Notes: generated by a model not told the origin, from the letters alone. Counted from the stretch's first letter, positions 1-12,807 are shown. The stretch: 64,000 nucleotides of DNA from Selaginella moellendorffii (GCF_000143415.4 NW_003314381.1:1-64000), one strand, 5' to 3'. A program made the numbers and translations.

Positions 1-783
1 CACTTCATATGGACCAGCATATCGATGGGAAAGTTTATCACTCTTCCCTGTCCGTAAAGGCACCAAGGTGTTCCGCCGCTCACTTGACGGAAAGATCACT
101 CGCACAAAGACGAGATCACCCACCTTATATTCCCGGAATTGGCGATGCTCATTGGCAAACTTCTCCGCTCTATCCTAAGCTGCTTGCAAATTCCGTTTGC
201 ACACCACCAGAATCTCATCAAGTTCTGTGGCCAGATCAGTTGCCTCGGAATCAAGCTTATCTTGAACGTCCTTACTCAAATGCAATCCCAACTCCACCGC
301 TGTTCGAGGATGCCTTCCAAACATGGCAAAGTAAGGACTTAGCTTGGTTCCACTGTGTTGGCTATTGTTGTAAGCAAATTGCACCAACGGAAGATATAAA
401 TCCCACTGTCCTTGCCTTTGACCAATGCTACAACGTAGCATATCCTCCACCACCTGATTCACACGCTCAGTTTGCCCATCCGTCTGAGGATGATCTCCAC
501 TCGAGAGTTTCAAAGTCACTTGCATAGCCTTTGCAAAGCTTTTCCAAAATCCACTAGTGAACTTTGAATCTCGATCACTAATGATGTCCTCCGGCAAACC
601 AAAATCAGGAAAAACCTTCTCCAAGTAAACCGCAGCCAATTCTGAGGCAGTGACAGTCTTCCGAAGAGCCAACAACTGCACATACTTCGTCAACCGATCC
701 ACTATGACCCATACTTGCTCCTTTTGCCTCTGTGTTCGTGGCAAACAAGTGAAGAAGTCCATAGAGATACTACACCAACGGCT
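1..783 (-). pseudogene. Integrase core and C-terminal part of the same polyprotein (in-frame stops at 784 and 175)
   Basis: SMDFF...VDRLTK...ISDRD...HPQTDGQTERVN...AYNN motifs in ORF 175-762, same frame as 784-4200. Confidence 0.9.
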
Positions 784-3700
784 CTAAGGAATAGGTAAAG
801 GTTGCAAAAGACCCCCCGGCTTCTCCCGTGGCACCTTAACCCGCTGACAAAGCTCGCATGATTTACAATACTTGAGGATATCAGCCTTTATATTCCTCCA
901 ATAAAAGTTGCGCTTAATCAACTCATACGTCTTCTTCCCCCCAAAATGACCGGCCTCTGGACGATCATGATAGTGGAATAAAACTTGAGTAATTAACGCA
1001 TCCACCTGTGGTAAATAGACACGGCCATTGTAGTAGAGAATCCCATCCACCAATGAGAAAGGAGCTTCCATCTGGTCTCGCAAAGAGGCCACCTCAGCAT
1101 CCTGAGCCTGAGCATGCTCAACCAATTGCCCAAACTCGCTGACCACCTTACTCAAATGATGACAAAATCGTGTTCGTAACGTCGTCACATGACGAACACG
1201 AGATAAAGCATCCGCCACCACATTTGTTTTTCCCAGACGATGCTCAATAGAAAACTCCCCAAACTCCATGAGTTTGACCATCCAACGAGCTTGCCTAGTG
1301 TTCAACTCCTTCTGTGTGAAAAGATACACAAGTGGTTTGTGATTTGTCAACACCACGAACACTGCACCATAAAGATAGTGCCGCCACGTCCGCAAAGCAT
1401 GAACAATAGAGAGTAACTCTTGCTCATATGTGGAATAGCGTTGCTCCGCAGAATTCAAAGTTCGACTCTCATATGCAATAGGCTGTCCCTCTTGCATGAG
1501 AACTCCTCCCAGTGCATAACCACTCGCATCGCATGTCACCTCGTAAGGTTTCGATGGATCAGCAATGCGAAGCACTGGAGCCTCGATCAACAATCGTTTC
1601 AGCGCCACAAAACTCTCCTCTTGTGGCATCTTCCACTCGAATGGCACATTCTTGCGTAACAACCGCATCAACGGAATAGCCACCTCTGCAAACTTATGCT
1701 GGAAACGTCGGTAGTAACTAGCCATACCAAGAAAACTGCACAACTCGGCCACTTTAGTCGGTGTAAGCCAGTTTTCCACCACAGCCACCTTCCTTGGATC
1801 TGTCTTGACACCCTTAGATGTCACAATATGGCCTAGATATTCCACCTCCGACTTTGCAAATTCACATTTGCTCTTCTTCGCATAAAGTTTGCTGTCTCGA
1901 AGTAACGAAAGAACCTTGTGCAAATGCACCCTATGCTCCTCCATATTCTTGCTAAAAACAAGAATATCATCCAAGAAAATCTCCACAAACTCATGAAGAT
2001 AACGCCCAAATACCTCCGTCATCAACCGAGTAAATGTGGCCGGTGCATTCGTCAAACCAAACGGCATAACGGTAAACTCAAAATGTCCAAAGCTTGTGTT
2101 GAATGCCGTCTTGGAGATAGATGCATCATCCATTGCAATCTGATGATATCCACTCCTCAGATCAATCTTGGTAAACACTCGTGCTTCACCAAGCTTGTCT
2201 AGGATATCATCCACACGTGGCATCGGCATCTTGTCCTTCACTGTCTTCTTGTTTAAAGCACGATAGTCAATACACATCCGCATTGAACCGTCCTTCTTCT
2301 TCACAAGCAAGACCGGAGCACCAAACGGAGACTTACTTGGCTGAATAAATCCAAACTCAAGTAACTCCTTGACTTGTCGTTGAACTTTTTGCTCCTCCGC
2401 ATAACTTAACCGAAATGGACGCCGGTAAATTGGCCGCGTCCCCGGCTCCAATGTAATCCCATGCTCCACACCTCGTAATGGAGGCAATCCATGAGGAATT
2501 TCAGATGGAAAAACATCAGAAAACTCATCAAGTACATCCCGTACTGCTGCTTCTCCCCCACACGTGCCTTGGTCCCCCAAGTCACGAACAAACAGCAAGT
2601 AACTTGAAAGTGCTTTTCCATTACGACAAGCCCGCTTCAAAGATGTAGCAGAGAGCATAACAACTGGTGGTTGAACGCCCTCGCCAAACCACACATCTTT
2701 AACGCCACCATACTCCAGCGAGATACGCTTAATGCTCCACTTTATCTCTGGATCCACCTTCACCAACCATGGCATCCCAAGAATGAGATCCACACGATGG
2801 ATATCCGCGAGATAAAAAGTCTCCACAAGTGTGGTTTTGCCAACCAACACTTCCAGCCCCTCGACACAAGCATTGAAATGCTGAGCAAAGGTAGCTGCAC
2901 CTTCCACTGTGTATGGAACAACTCCACGTGTGTTCAGGCAATGCTCCGCAACAAACTTTGCCAAAACAAAGTTGTCATCACTCCCACTATCCAGTAAAAT
3001 CCGCACTGGATCGCCACGGAACACGCCCTCCAGCATTAAAGCTGATTCACGCGTATCCTCGAGCTCCATCTTGTTCCACACACAGTTGAGTTGACGAGCA
3101 ACGATCGAAAGTCTCTTCCTCCTACCGGAATGGTCGTTCTCGTCATCCTCACGCTGTAAAGCTTGCAACTTTTTAGTATCTGACTTACCGTGAGAAGATG
3201 ATTGGCCATTCTTCTTGTCCTGCTGCTTGTTCTTCAACTGTGGACAATCAGCCTTGTAGTGTCCAAGTTCACCGCAATGATGACAACCCTGCCTATAATT
3301 CTTCACAAAGAACTTTTGCTTCTTGGACCCCTTTGCATCTGAAGTAGTCACCACCGACTTCAACTTGTGATGCTTGTTCCCCTCCTTGTGTCCACGGCGA
3401 TCATCACGACGATTCTCGACAGAAGGACTCCGCGAACGCTTGCGAGACTTGTGCTTGTCATTGTCAAGGCGACGAGCCGTATCAAAGAGCTCCTCCAAAC
3501 TCTTTGTAGGCTGAGAATGACGCAAGTGTTGCCGCATGCTCTCACTATGTAGGCCATCAATGAAGTAGGATTTGTTCTGATCTGGATCCTTCATTGGAAC
3601 ACGACTAATCAAGCGAGTAAGCTTCTCAATATAATCCCCGAGCGTCATTTTCCCTTGCTGGAAATGGCGAAGTTCTGTACGAGCATTCTCCACGTCGTAA

Positions 3701-4200
3701 TGAGGGGCAAAACGTAAACGAAAAGCAGCCTCAAACTCATCCATGGTAGACACTAGTGGTTTCTTATCCGCAACACGGGACTCCTCAAGCCAATTCCACC
3801 ATCGAAGACCCGCATCACGCAAAACCATTGGAATAGCCACTAAAGCCTCTGCATCTGGAGTTCCTCTAGCAGCCAAAAACTTCTTCACATTGGCTAGCCA
3901 AGCAAGACACTCGTCCACACCACCATCACCGGAAAAGGTTGGAATCTTGAGTCGATCTACCAAAGAAGGCTTACTTGGAGCGCTACCCCGTCCAGCCTCG
4001 AGTGCCTCAACACGCCCATGCATGGTATCCATCATGCCATGCATCTCGTCTTGCATCTCTTGCTGATTTTTATTAAGGGCTCGCAGCTCATGAACCACAT
4101 CTTGAATGGTCCAAATCTCCGCAGCTTCGTCGGCACCATCGTCGGCACCACCATCGACAATAGGATTCCAGCGTTCAGCTTGGTCGGCCATCGCAACCAA
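784..4200 (-). CDS. Gag-PR-RT-RNaseH-integrase N-terminal polyprotein
   Basis: Zinc knuckle CHHCGELGHYKADC, protease LLDSGS, RT CIDYRALN and FLDDIL, RNase H CDASG, integrase HHCC; first ATG about 4191; premature stop at 784 with the frame continuing into the integrase core. Confidence 0.93.
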   Translation of the reverse strand: MVAMADQAERWNPIVDGGADDGADEAAEIWTIQDVVHELRALNKNQQEMQDEMHGMMDTMHGRVEALEAGRGSAPSKPSLVDRLKIPTFSGDGGVDECLAWLANVKKFLAARGTPDAEALVAIPMVLRDAGLRWWNWLEESRVADKKPLVSTMDEFEAAFRLRFAPHYDVENARTELRHFQQGKMTLGDYIEKLTRLISRVPMKDPDQNKSYFIDGLHSESMRQHLRHSQPTKSLEELFDTARRLDNDKHKSRKRSRSPSVENRRDDRRGHKEGNKHHKLKSVVTTSDAKGSKKQKFFVKNYRQGCHHCGELGHYKADCPQLKNKQQDKKNGQSSSHGKSDTKKLQALQREDDENDHSGRRKRLSIVARQLNCVWNKMELEDTRESALMLEGVFRGDPVRILLDSGSDDNFVLAKFVAEHCLNTRGVVPYTVEGAATFAQHFNACVEGLEVLVGKTTLVETFYLADIHRVDLILGMPWLVKVDPEIKWSIKRISLEYGGVKDVWFGEGVQPPVVMLSATSLKRACRNGKALSSYLLFVRDLGDQGTCGGEAAVRDVLDEFSDVFPSEIPHGLPPLRGVEHGITLEPGTRPIYRRPFRLSYAEEQKVQRQVKELLEFGFIQPSKSPFGAPVLLVKKKDGSMRMCIDYRALNKKTVKDKMPMPRVDDILDKLGEARVFTKIDLRSGYHQIAMDDASISKTAFNTSFGHFEFTVMPFGLTNAPATFTRLMTEVFGRYLHEFVEIFLDDILVFSKNMEEHRVHLHKVLSLLRDSKLYAKKSKCEFAKSEVEYLGHIVTSKGVKTDPRKVAVVENWLTPTKVAELCSFLGMASYYRRFQHKFAEVAIPLMRLLRKNVPFEWKMPQEESFVALKRLLIEAPVLRIADPSKPYEVTCDASGYALGGVLMQEGQPIAYESRTLNSAEQRYSTYEQELLSIVHALRTWRHYLYGAVFVVLTNHKPLVYLFTQKELNTRQARWMVKLMEFGEFSIEHRLGKTNVVADALSRVRHVTTLRTRFCHHLSKVVSEFGQLVEHAQAQDAEVASLRDQMEAPFSLVDGILYYNGRVYLPQVDALITQVLFHYHDRPEAGHFGGKKTYELIKRNFYWRNIKADILKYCKSCELCQRVKVPREKPGGLLQPLPIP

Positions 4201-4214
4201 TCCTCTGATACCAA

Positions 4215-4447
4215 TGTTATGATCCGGCGCAAAAAGACAAAGATCTAGTTGCCCAAGACTATGCTACGCCACCTCTTCAGGTTCCTCACCACCCAACCAC
4301 CCCCGAGCTACCTCAAAAGCTCCACTGCGCTGCCGCTCCACTGTGAGCCCTAGGGTAGGTTAAGTCCCTTACCCTAACATGCCTTAATATACCCTTGAGC
4401 CTCCCTTTGACCGATGTTGACCACGTAGTCAAAGCTGGCGCCTAACA
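4215..4447 (-). repeat. 5' LTR (about 233 bp)
   Basis: TGTTA...TAACA termini, adjacent to the PBS. Confidence 0.8.
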
Positions 4448-7331
4448 CTCAAAGAGATCAAAATTTTACTTGCAAATGTCAAAGAGATGTTGGAAAAAGG
4501 TGTTATTCGAAAGTCATAGAGTCCTTAGGGGTGTGAACTTCATTTTGTGACAAAGCCTGATGGGAGTATTTGTTTCTATATCAACTATCGTCCATTAAAT
4601 GAAATGACAATCCCTGATGTGTACCCTCTTCCTCACACTATTGATCTCTTGGATTGTCTAGGGAGAAGTCATTAGTTCACTAAGCTTGTTTTTGGGTACT
4701 GGCAAGTACCGATGGCAAAAAGAGATATTCCTAAGACTATTTTTCATACACCATTTGGTTTATATGAATTCTTAGTGATGCCATTTGGTTTGAACAATGC
4801 TCGAGCAACTTTTCAATGGATGATGGATAAAGTTCTTTGTGATATGCCAGAGGTGATTGTTGACTTCATTAATGATGTTCTGATCCACTCAGAGGGAACA
4901 TAGGAGGAACACGTTCGTGATGTTCATAAAGTATTGGATCGGCTATGGGATGTTAGTTTAAAGCTGAAACAATCGAAATGCATGTTTAGGTTTAACACAA
5001 CTTATCTTGGGTATTATATTTCTTGTGAGTGTTTGTAAATTGATCCTAACAAACTTGTGCCTATTCTAAAGTTCCCTACTTCGAAGTATGTGAATGATGT
5101 GTAGTAGTTCCTGGGCAAGGTGCAATATCTTAGTCATTTTTTCGATCATTTTTCTAATTGCATTGCACAGTTGCAAGCATTGCTAAAGTTATTAAGATCA
5201 TTTGGATGACTTTCATTTGGTTTGCAAACTGTGAGTGGGCGTTTATAGATCTCAAAGTGCTATTGATGACTCTTCCAATTTTGGCATATCTTAACTACAC
5301 TCGATTTTTCATTTTACTCGTTGATACTTCTGATATTGGTTTTGGAGGCGTATTGATGCAAGAGAGCCCGAGTGTGCTTGATCAGCACCATCCCATTGCA
5401 TACATTAGATGTATATTACAACCAGCGAAAGTGAACTACTTCACGATAGACAAGGAGTGTTTAGTAGCAGTCTGGGTTTTAAGAAACTTCATGCATATCT
5501 ACATAATTCTCGGACGTTATTAAAAGGTGATCATGTTACTATTACTTCATTATTGAAGCGGAAGAACTTGGTTGGTTCTACTGCTCGGTGGGCTTTGAAG
5601 CTTCAAATATATGATTTTGATGTTATTCATTGTTCGGAGAGTTTTATAGTTGATGTTAATGCCCTCTCTCAAGCTCTTTTTCCTTTTTCGCTCTTTTATC
5701 ATGTTTCTGATGAGCCTATTGTTTAAGCATCTATGGATTTTCTAGACAAGGATTTTGTGCCATTGGCGGATGATGTACTTGACGTTAAATGACCCCAAAG
5801 TGTAGAGCAAGATCTACTTTCTCTTGATGAGGCTCAAAAGATTGAGCTATGGATTCGAAGACTTCAAGAAGGGTTTGAGAATCTTGCATCACTTGCTGAT
5901 AACTTGTCATTCTAGCATTTACATTCTTAATATTGCCTTGAAGATGGCCTTATTTATTTTATGGGGATGCCTAATCATTTACAGCTAGTGGTGCTTTCAA
6001 TGTTTATTCCACGATTTCTCTATACCTACCATGATTCTCCTGTTCTAGGCAAGCATATGGGATATTGTCGTGTGACTGAGAAGTTACCTAGGTCTTTCTA
6101 TTAGCCAAAGATATGACATGATGTTATCTAGTATATGCATAGTTGCATTTGGTGCCAAACTCGTGATACTCCCCCTTGTGTTGGAGTCAATTGCAATTTC
6201 CTGTCTATTTAAGTTTATGGTGTTTGATCTTATGGTACCTTTTCCATGATCAACTGCTAGTAATGAGTATGTTATTATTACTTTTTACTACTTGACTCAT
6301 TGGGTGGAAGTTAATACTCTTGCTAGTGCCTCTATAACTACTGTTGGATACTGCCTCCTCAATTAAGTAGTGTTCCAGCATTCTTGTCTTGAGTGGATTC
6401 TTTCAAATAATGGTCTTGCATTTATGGCTGAAGCATTTCATGTTTTGACATCTTAATTGGAGATCCGCCACACTTTCACAAGTGCTTATCATCCACAGTC
6501 AAACGGTTTGTTGGATGGCTCATTCAAACATTCAAAGGGATGATCGTGAAGTATGTGAATTTTCAACATTTAGATTGGGATAGTTATTTGTTATTTCTTC
6601 AGTATGCATATGTTATAGGGGTGTAGAATTTTGTTAGTGCTTCACTATATAACTCTTATATGGTCATGATCCAATATTACCAATCAAGCTAGGTTTACCT
6701 TCACAGTTGCCACAAGCTACCGATGCTAAGTCATGGGATCAGTATTTGATGAACATTCTTCCACTTGTCTGAGCAAAGTCTACTGAACACCTAGGCCATG
6801 TATAAGTGGGATAACAATGACACTACAACTTTCATCATTGTCCACCTACGGAGTACAAAAGGGATGACTTGGTGTTAGCTGTTTTCCCCATCTTACGGTA
6901 TGTGGTTTATCTAAGAGGCTCCTAAAAGATCATATCAAGTGTTGCAAGAAGTTGTACCACAAGTTTATGAAGTCCAACATGATGTCCAACAGGCTGATCC
7001 TTCAGAAATTGTGCATATGCAGCGGTTGAAATGCTTCATACCAAGGGATCAAGAACAACTGATACCACTTATAGATCCACTGATGTCTCTTCTTGATGTT
7101 CCTCCAGAGGCCCATCTACGAGAGAACCCTGATATGCTTCCATTATTCCAAGAGAAGGGGATGATGTGAGGCCCAAGTGTATGGCTACAATGCCATATAC
7201 TAATATTAGTGTAGTGGGGCTGTCGGATTGATTTCAATCTGAACCACTCGCTCTTGTATATAAGTTAGGGTTTTTGGGCTAATTGATATACACATTTTCT
7301 GTATTCCCTTTTCATATTCCATGCACTCACA
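4448..7331 (+). mobile_element. Degenerate Ty3/gypsy (family A): RT-RNaseH-INT remnants, PPT, 3' LTR 7165-7331
   Basis: Fragments TPFGLYEFLVMPFGL, VDTSDIGFGGVL, ARWALKLQ; PPT GAGAAGGGGATGA; LTR TGTGAG...CTCACA; many stops and frameshifts; same family as 45903-47640 and 62473-64000. Confidence 0.88.
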
Positions 7332-8108
7332 GATGATAAGGAAAAACTTCTTAATATTATTAAAATTATGAATTATTTAAAATACCTATTTAATAAAACT
7401 TTTACCTCTAAAACCTTAACAAAATATTCTTTTATGTACTAGAATATTTTAAGTCACCCTTGACTCCCCATTGACTTGGGTGGATCTCAGATGTGAATGG
7501 CAGGGAAGTCACTTATCTAAGGCTGTACACAAGATGCTGGATCTTCATCAAATGTATGCATTCCTTTTACAATCTTCAGGCTATTAATTTTGCAAGGCAA
7601 CTTCAATATGGCAACATATTGTGGCAATAGGTTTGGACTTGACCAAACCTAACCCCACCCAAATGCATGTGGTAGTGAATAGGAGAGTGGAAGTGATTGT
7701 GGTGGTATGCTCTCAAGGTGAAGCACATCACTCCCAGCCACAATTTATGGAGACAAGGAGCTCAATGCCCTAATCATCACCTGACCCAATCATCACTTGA
7801 GGAGGCAAGTCGCACATCAACAAGACACCCAAAAAGGATTGAAAGAAGTGAAGAACATGAAGACTCTTTCTCTAAGTTAAGTTGTCATTAATAGCAGTGA
7901 TGTTTTCAACAAGGTCATGGTCTTTATCCTCTCTAAGCTTTACAAGATCTTCAAGAAAATGTTGCATATCCACAACATGCCTCCCCCAATGGAGGCATTG
8001 AAGGATTTGCCTACCTATGATTTTCTCCACTAAGAGAAAAAGGTGGCTATGGAGGATTTGAAGAAAGTTGGCTGCTAGAAAAAGTTGTTCCTGTTTGTGA
8101 CATTGTAT

Positions 8109-8132
8109 AAGCTCTATTTCGTTAAAGTGGGA
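8109..8132 (+). repeat. Left terminal inverted repeat (24 bp)
   Basis: Exact reverse complement of 21466-21489; preceded by TSD GTAT. Confidence 0.92.
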
Positions 8133-8767
8133 TTTATTCAGTAAAATGGGACTAGGTACAAATTTTCAAGTATTTGAAAATAACGTGAAATTATATGTTT
8201 TTGTCCAGGGGCTAGACATATCTGGGGCATGGTGACTAGCGCGGTGACTTTGTGTCTAGACTGAGTCCATCTGGTTGTATAATAAATCTCATTGTCAAGG
8301 TGAACAAGCCAAATCTGAAGCTAAAGAAGAGCGATGGCATGCGCGCACACACTATTTGTTTGTTCATTGAGCGTGTGGTGAGCTTTCCAAGATGAATGTC
8401 ATTCCTATTAGCCAGACATATAACTTAATGGTGAGAACATTTAGATATTATTCAATGTTATCTTTTTCTAACGAATCTAATTGTGAAGGTGTAGCAAGAG
8501 GCATTGCTAGTCTGGAGAAGTCATTTAACTCATTTGACCCTTAGTGTATTTTCATGAAACTAAATAACATTCATATTATTAAGGAATTTCTCTAGTACCT
8601 TTTTTTTACGACATAGAGGCTTGCATTTCTTTCAAAGGTGATTTAGTAAAAGGCCTGAGGGCACATGCCATTCTATTTTTCAGACCGGTATTAAGATATA
8701 CTAGTGCAAAGGGAAAAAGGTATTTGGTGATCAAGTAAATGGCATGAGGGCACACGCCATTATAAGC

Positions 8768-9025
8768 CTAAGCGCTAGTGGACACCTCCTTTTTGGTACT
8801 CTCAGCGGTACTATCATCCTTCTCCGGGTCAGTTATTTTGCTTTGGATTGTTGTCTCTGACGTTACTAGGGCGTTCTCAATAGTTGTTAATGTTGCCGTT
8901 TGTTCAAAAAAATGATCACCTGGAGTATAGTACGGGGAGTTTGGAAGACTTATATATTCTACATCTTCACCTATCTCCTTCTCCGTCTCCTTTTCTGCCT
9001 CACTTACAGATTTTGTGCTTGCCAT
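8768..9025 (-). CDS. Small acidic, S/T-rich hypothetical ORF inside the transposon
   Basis: Open ATG-started 85-aa frame (MASTKSVSEAEKE...) in otherwise AT-rich DNA; no recognisable motif. Confidence 0.25.
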   Translation of the reverse strand: MASTKSVSEAEKETEKEIGEDVEYISLPNSPYYTPGDHFFEQTATLTTIENALVTSETTIQSKITDPEKDDSTAESTKKEVSTSA

Positions 9026-9665
9026 GAGAACGCTCTTCACCCTAAAATATGGAGTTCGTTGTGTTATAAAAGGAAACCAACACACACGCTGCAAGGGAAT
9101 GATGGTACATAAAGCACGTAAGCCCACAATATGGGTTTATGTGCCATTAATATGGGCCACACGCCATATTATTAGATTTATGCACGTGTGATTGGTAAAT
9201 GCATATGTCACATCATCTTTGTTTTACCTCACACACTATATCAGGCCTAATGAACCATATCACATGTGCGCACATGCTATATATATGGAGAAGTATTATG
9301 CAAGGATAGAAAAATTCAATGCATGATTGTGGAGAGCAATGGCATGAAGCCACATGCTAAATAACATTTTAGAGAAAGAATTAAAATAGAAACATGCAAA
9401 CAGTACTAAGTGGACCAAGACTTAGAAGTGCACAATTGAATGAGGTATTTCTAATAAATATTTCACTCACCTCATATAGGAATGGCTACCACTCTCAAAT
9501 GGCGTATCGCCTCATGCCATCACCTCACAATTTGTTATAACAATCCGATGAATTCATATTCGGCTTGTTCACCTTGAACTTTAAGTAAGATTTGCTAGAA
9601 CAACTAAGAATTTATACTTGTTATTTGTATCATCTCACCTAGGAATGGCGTAAGGCCATATGCCA

Positions 9666-12600
9666 TCACGCCTCCTCTGATTCAGATTTGGATTGTTCAC
9701 CTTGAAATAAAATACATTAGAAACTTAGTAAAGGAATATTAATGAATCTCACCTTGAACCCAGGTTATGAATGCTCTTGCTGCATCTCTTACATGGTCTG
9801 GCAAGGTGATGGTGGCACTCTGCTTCCACATCCAACCATGCACAACATTATCCACCGATATGCTCATGCTGGGATCCCTTGGATTCAGCACCCATCTCTT
9901 TTCTAGGCAATCCTTCGTATATCTGGAACATGGCTTGAACCACTCCACAGTTACATTGAAGGAGTTAGTTTCCGCGTCCTCCTCTGCATCAGTGATGCAG
10001 CGCCCCACCCATATCATTTGTTTTTTATTACTGGGTCTGACAAGCACGACCATTCCTTTGCAGACCTATACTGGATTGAATGCTGAATCCGGCTTCTTGT
10101 TCCTCGGCCCACAATAGTGATCCTAAACATCGTTATCTGTCACTGCATTTCCAGAGGACATTGTTCCGCTACTATCTGGTGCTCTGGGTTCTGGCCAAAA
10201 GGACTCTTCCAATTCTTCATATACAACCGGCCCATTTTGGATAGCAGATATAATCTTCTCCCAGTATTCGAGCAAAGGCTTGCACCTTTTAAAATAGGAT
10301 TCTCCACCAAACACCAACCCCCTCTTCCAGAAGGCAATATGCTGTCTAATCCCAGCCACTATACTTTCCTGGTCTTTGATTCCATCCGGGTGCATTGGCC
10401 GTGGGGAACCCTGAGGAATCATAGGTTCCCCAGTTATGGGATCTCTCTTGAAGAGTTCAATGCTGTCCATTGGCAGCCACACTGTGTCCCATTCTCTCAT
10501 CTTGTACCTCATCACTGGAGCACCGTCACGCATGCTAAAATGAAACTGAAGAGGCTTGGAGTGGCCAATCAGCGTTTCGGATCCGTCCCTGATGTAGCCT
10601 TTTACAAACCCCTTAAAGTCTGGAACCTCTGTCACAAGTGCAGCTTCAACAGTGCCTTTGATGCAATTTTGGAATTCATCGTAGAGTTGTGGGAGGGTGA
10701 GGACATTGGATCGCCGGAGGGACTCTGCCAGGTGACTGAACATGGCATCGACGTCTTCATGAGTGTGCCCAACCATGAGAAAGCCAAGTGTAACCGTTTC
10801 AAATATGCCTTTGGCAACAAGCATCGCCAAGTACGCGAAGACGTACATGTTTTTGTTCTCATTGCCAGCATTGTCTGTTTGGAGCAGAAGATGGGGTGGA
10901 AGGCCACATCGGCTGCAAGAACTTCCTTGAGATTCTGCTTCGTTTGGATGAGGTTGTGCATTCACCGGGCGACCAGCCTCGTCGGAATGGCATGAGGCCT
11001 CACGTGATAACCCTACAATCTGACGGCCAACATATTCACTGAGATGGCATGGGGCCCCACGCGATACTGCAAGCCTTTGCTCCTCCTCCAGCTGAACCCT
11101 GTATAGGGTTTGATCGACAAGGGCCTTATGCAAGGGTTGGCTGTTCAGCTCAGTCTGCGCACTTTGCAGAGACCTTAAGTGTTTTGCTAGGGACGCAATC
11201 ATCATGTTTGCACCCCCGCCACCCCATAGAGGTACAAAGAAGTTCCCATAGTTCTGGGCACCATGCCCATGAGCGATTATGCCAAACAGAGACACAGGCA
11301 GCTGCATGGATGAAGAGATTGCCTTGGGGGCAGGATTGAGTCGAGGTAAGCACGTCTTTTTCTGGTCCATTTTGTCGTGGATGATGCAGAGGTAAGAGTC
11401 AGGTCTCTCCATGGAGAGAATCCTGTTATGATAATATGCAGTCCTGCAGCTTCTTTGCTCGATGTTGTGGTCGAGCCACCTTCTAACCAACGTCTCTCGC
11501 TCTTGAGCGCTGCAAGAATTCTTCGACAAAGCCATTTTGATAGCAGTGCACTCGTCACACTTTGAAAAGCTGGAGTACTTTCCTATACTCACATCCCTGA
11601 ACCTGTTGCTCCACAATCTACTAAATCTAGATTGACTCAGCTTCCTGTAGCCATTACTCTGGAGTTCCCGATTCACATCTTCCAATATGGCCCCCTTGGT
11701 ATACATGGAAGGGAGAACTCGTTGGGTGTCTCGTGTTCCATCTTCCAAGAGGCGGGTTTTATGTGGTTGCTACTCGCTACATGTCTTGACAAACCTCTTG
11801 AAGATTGCCTCTCCATATACAACATGACCCCTGGTTTTGTGCGTACCGTCGTTCCCATGGACTGCCTGTTGAACCCTTTGTTCCTCGAACTCAGTTTTGA
11901 TTCTGTAGAATGTGGTTCGAGGGACTCCATAAATGATTCTCCATGCCTTCATGCAGACCAAACCCCTCTGGAAGACCATGCCCCCCACTTAATGTTCTGA
12001 AGCATCAACAGATGACCGTAATGCCTCATACACAAAATTGCGAGCTGCCTTCCAGGACAATGTCTTGTATCTTGCTCTCTCCTTTTCAATAGCATTCCAA
12101 TCAGCATGTTGACAGCACCTCCTCTTGCAACAAGCAACTATCGAGACCATTCGAACCTCCATCGCCATTTTCTGCCTTTTCGGTTCGTTGCTCAAATCCC
12201 TTTGGCTGCGCTTTAGGAAGGTGTACTTTCTTTTCCCATGAAGAGATGTTTTGTTATCAGTTGTAGTGGTGTTTGATTGTGAATCCTTCACATTCTCAAA
12301 CACTAAATGCCTCAATTTCCACTGCATAATGCTTCTAATAGTCAGACTGTTTTCTTCTGTGTCAACAACCTCTAAAATCGCAACTCCAATATCATCCCAG
12401 CCCAATTCTTGATTAGCAACCGCATCTCTTGGATCGACAACTGTGGCTAAGCCCTCAGCTACCACCTCCCCCTCGGGGTTGTTTAGAAACACCTTTGCCT
12501 GAATCCATGTAGCATGGTTCTTAAGATCCACGGAGGGAACATGTGTCGCACTTGCGCTGTCCCCAACATCTGCTTTCTTCTGAAGATTTTTCAAGGCAAC

Positions 12601-12807
12601 AACAACATTTACCCCGACGACCATCTCTCCTCGTTCAATAGCGACCACATTCCCATCGAAGACAGTCTCTACTGATACAGCAGCATTGCCTTCCCCAAGC
12701 CTTTGACAGTGTATAACAAAGTTTCGATCCATAGACACAAGGGTCCCTTTTGCAACTCTCTTCCCACCATTCAAAATGTAAACTTTTTCCCCAACCCTGA
12801 AGGCCAT
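9666..12807 (-). pseudogene. Sola-like (DUF7869-type) DDD transposase of about 1030 aa with four in-frame stops
   Basis: ORFs 11989-12807, 11770-11988, 10123-11748 and 9739-10053 share one frame (stops at 11989, 11770, 10123, 10066). Motifs: CCKRRCC, VCMKAWRIIYGV (HTH-like), KCDEC, and IIHDKMD / LQTDNAGNENKN / GHTHEDVD (candidate D-D-D triad). Probable short last exon GEQSKSESEEA*. Confidence 0.8.

Larger units (their letters stand above)
1..4447 (-). mobile_element. Ty3/gypsy LTR retrotransposon, near-intact (3' part runs off the window), nested in an older gypsy
   Basis: 5' LTR 4215-4447 (TGTTA...TAACA); tRNA-Met PBS TGGTATCAGAG at 4203-4213 (minus strand); gag-pol ORF directly after the PBS; decayed RT of another element resumes at 4448. 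Confidence 0.92.

Noticed and set aside
7400-8104. Identity of the sequence interrupted by the DNA transposon (continuing at 21494-22900)
   Set aside because: Looks like decayed AT-rich repeat DNA, but no motif could be recognised.
10117-10995. 292-aa plus-strand ORF opposite the transposase
   Set aside because: Antisense shadow with no motifs and a non-ATG start.
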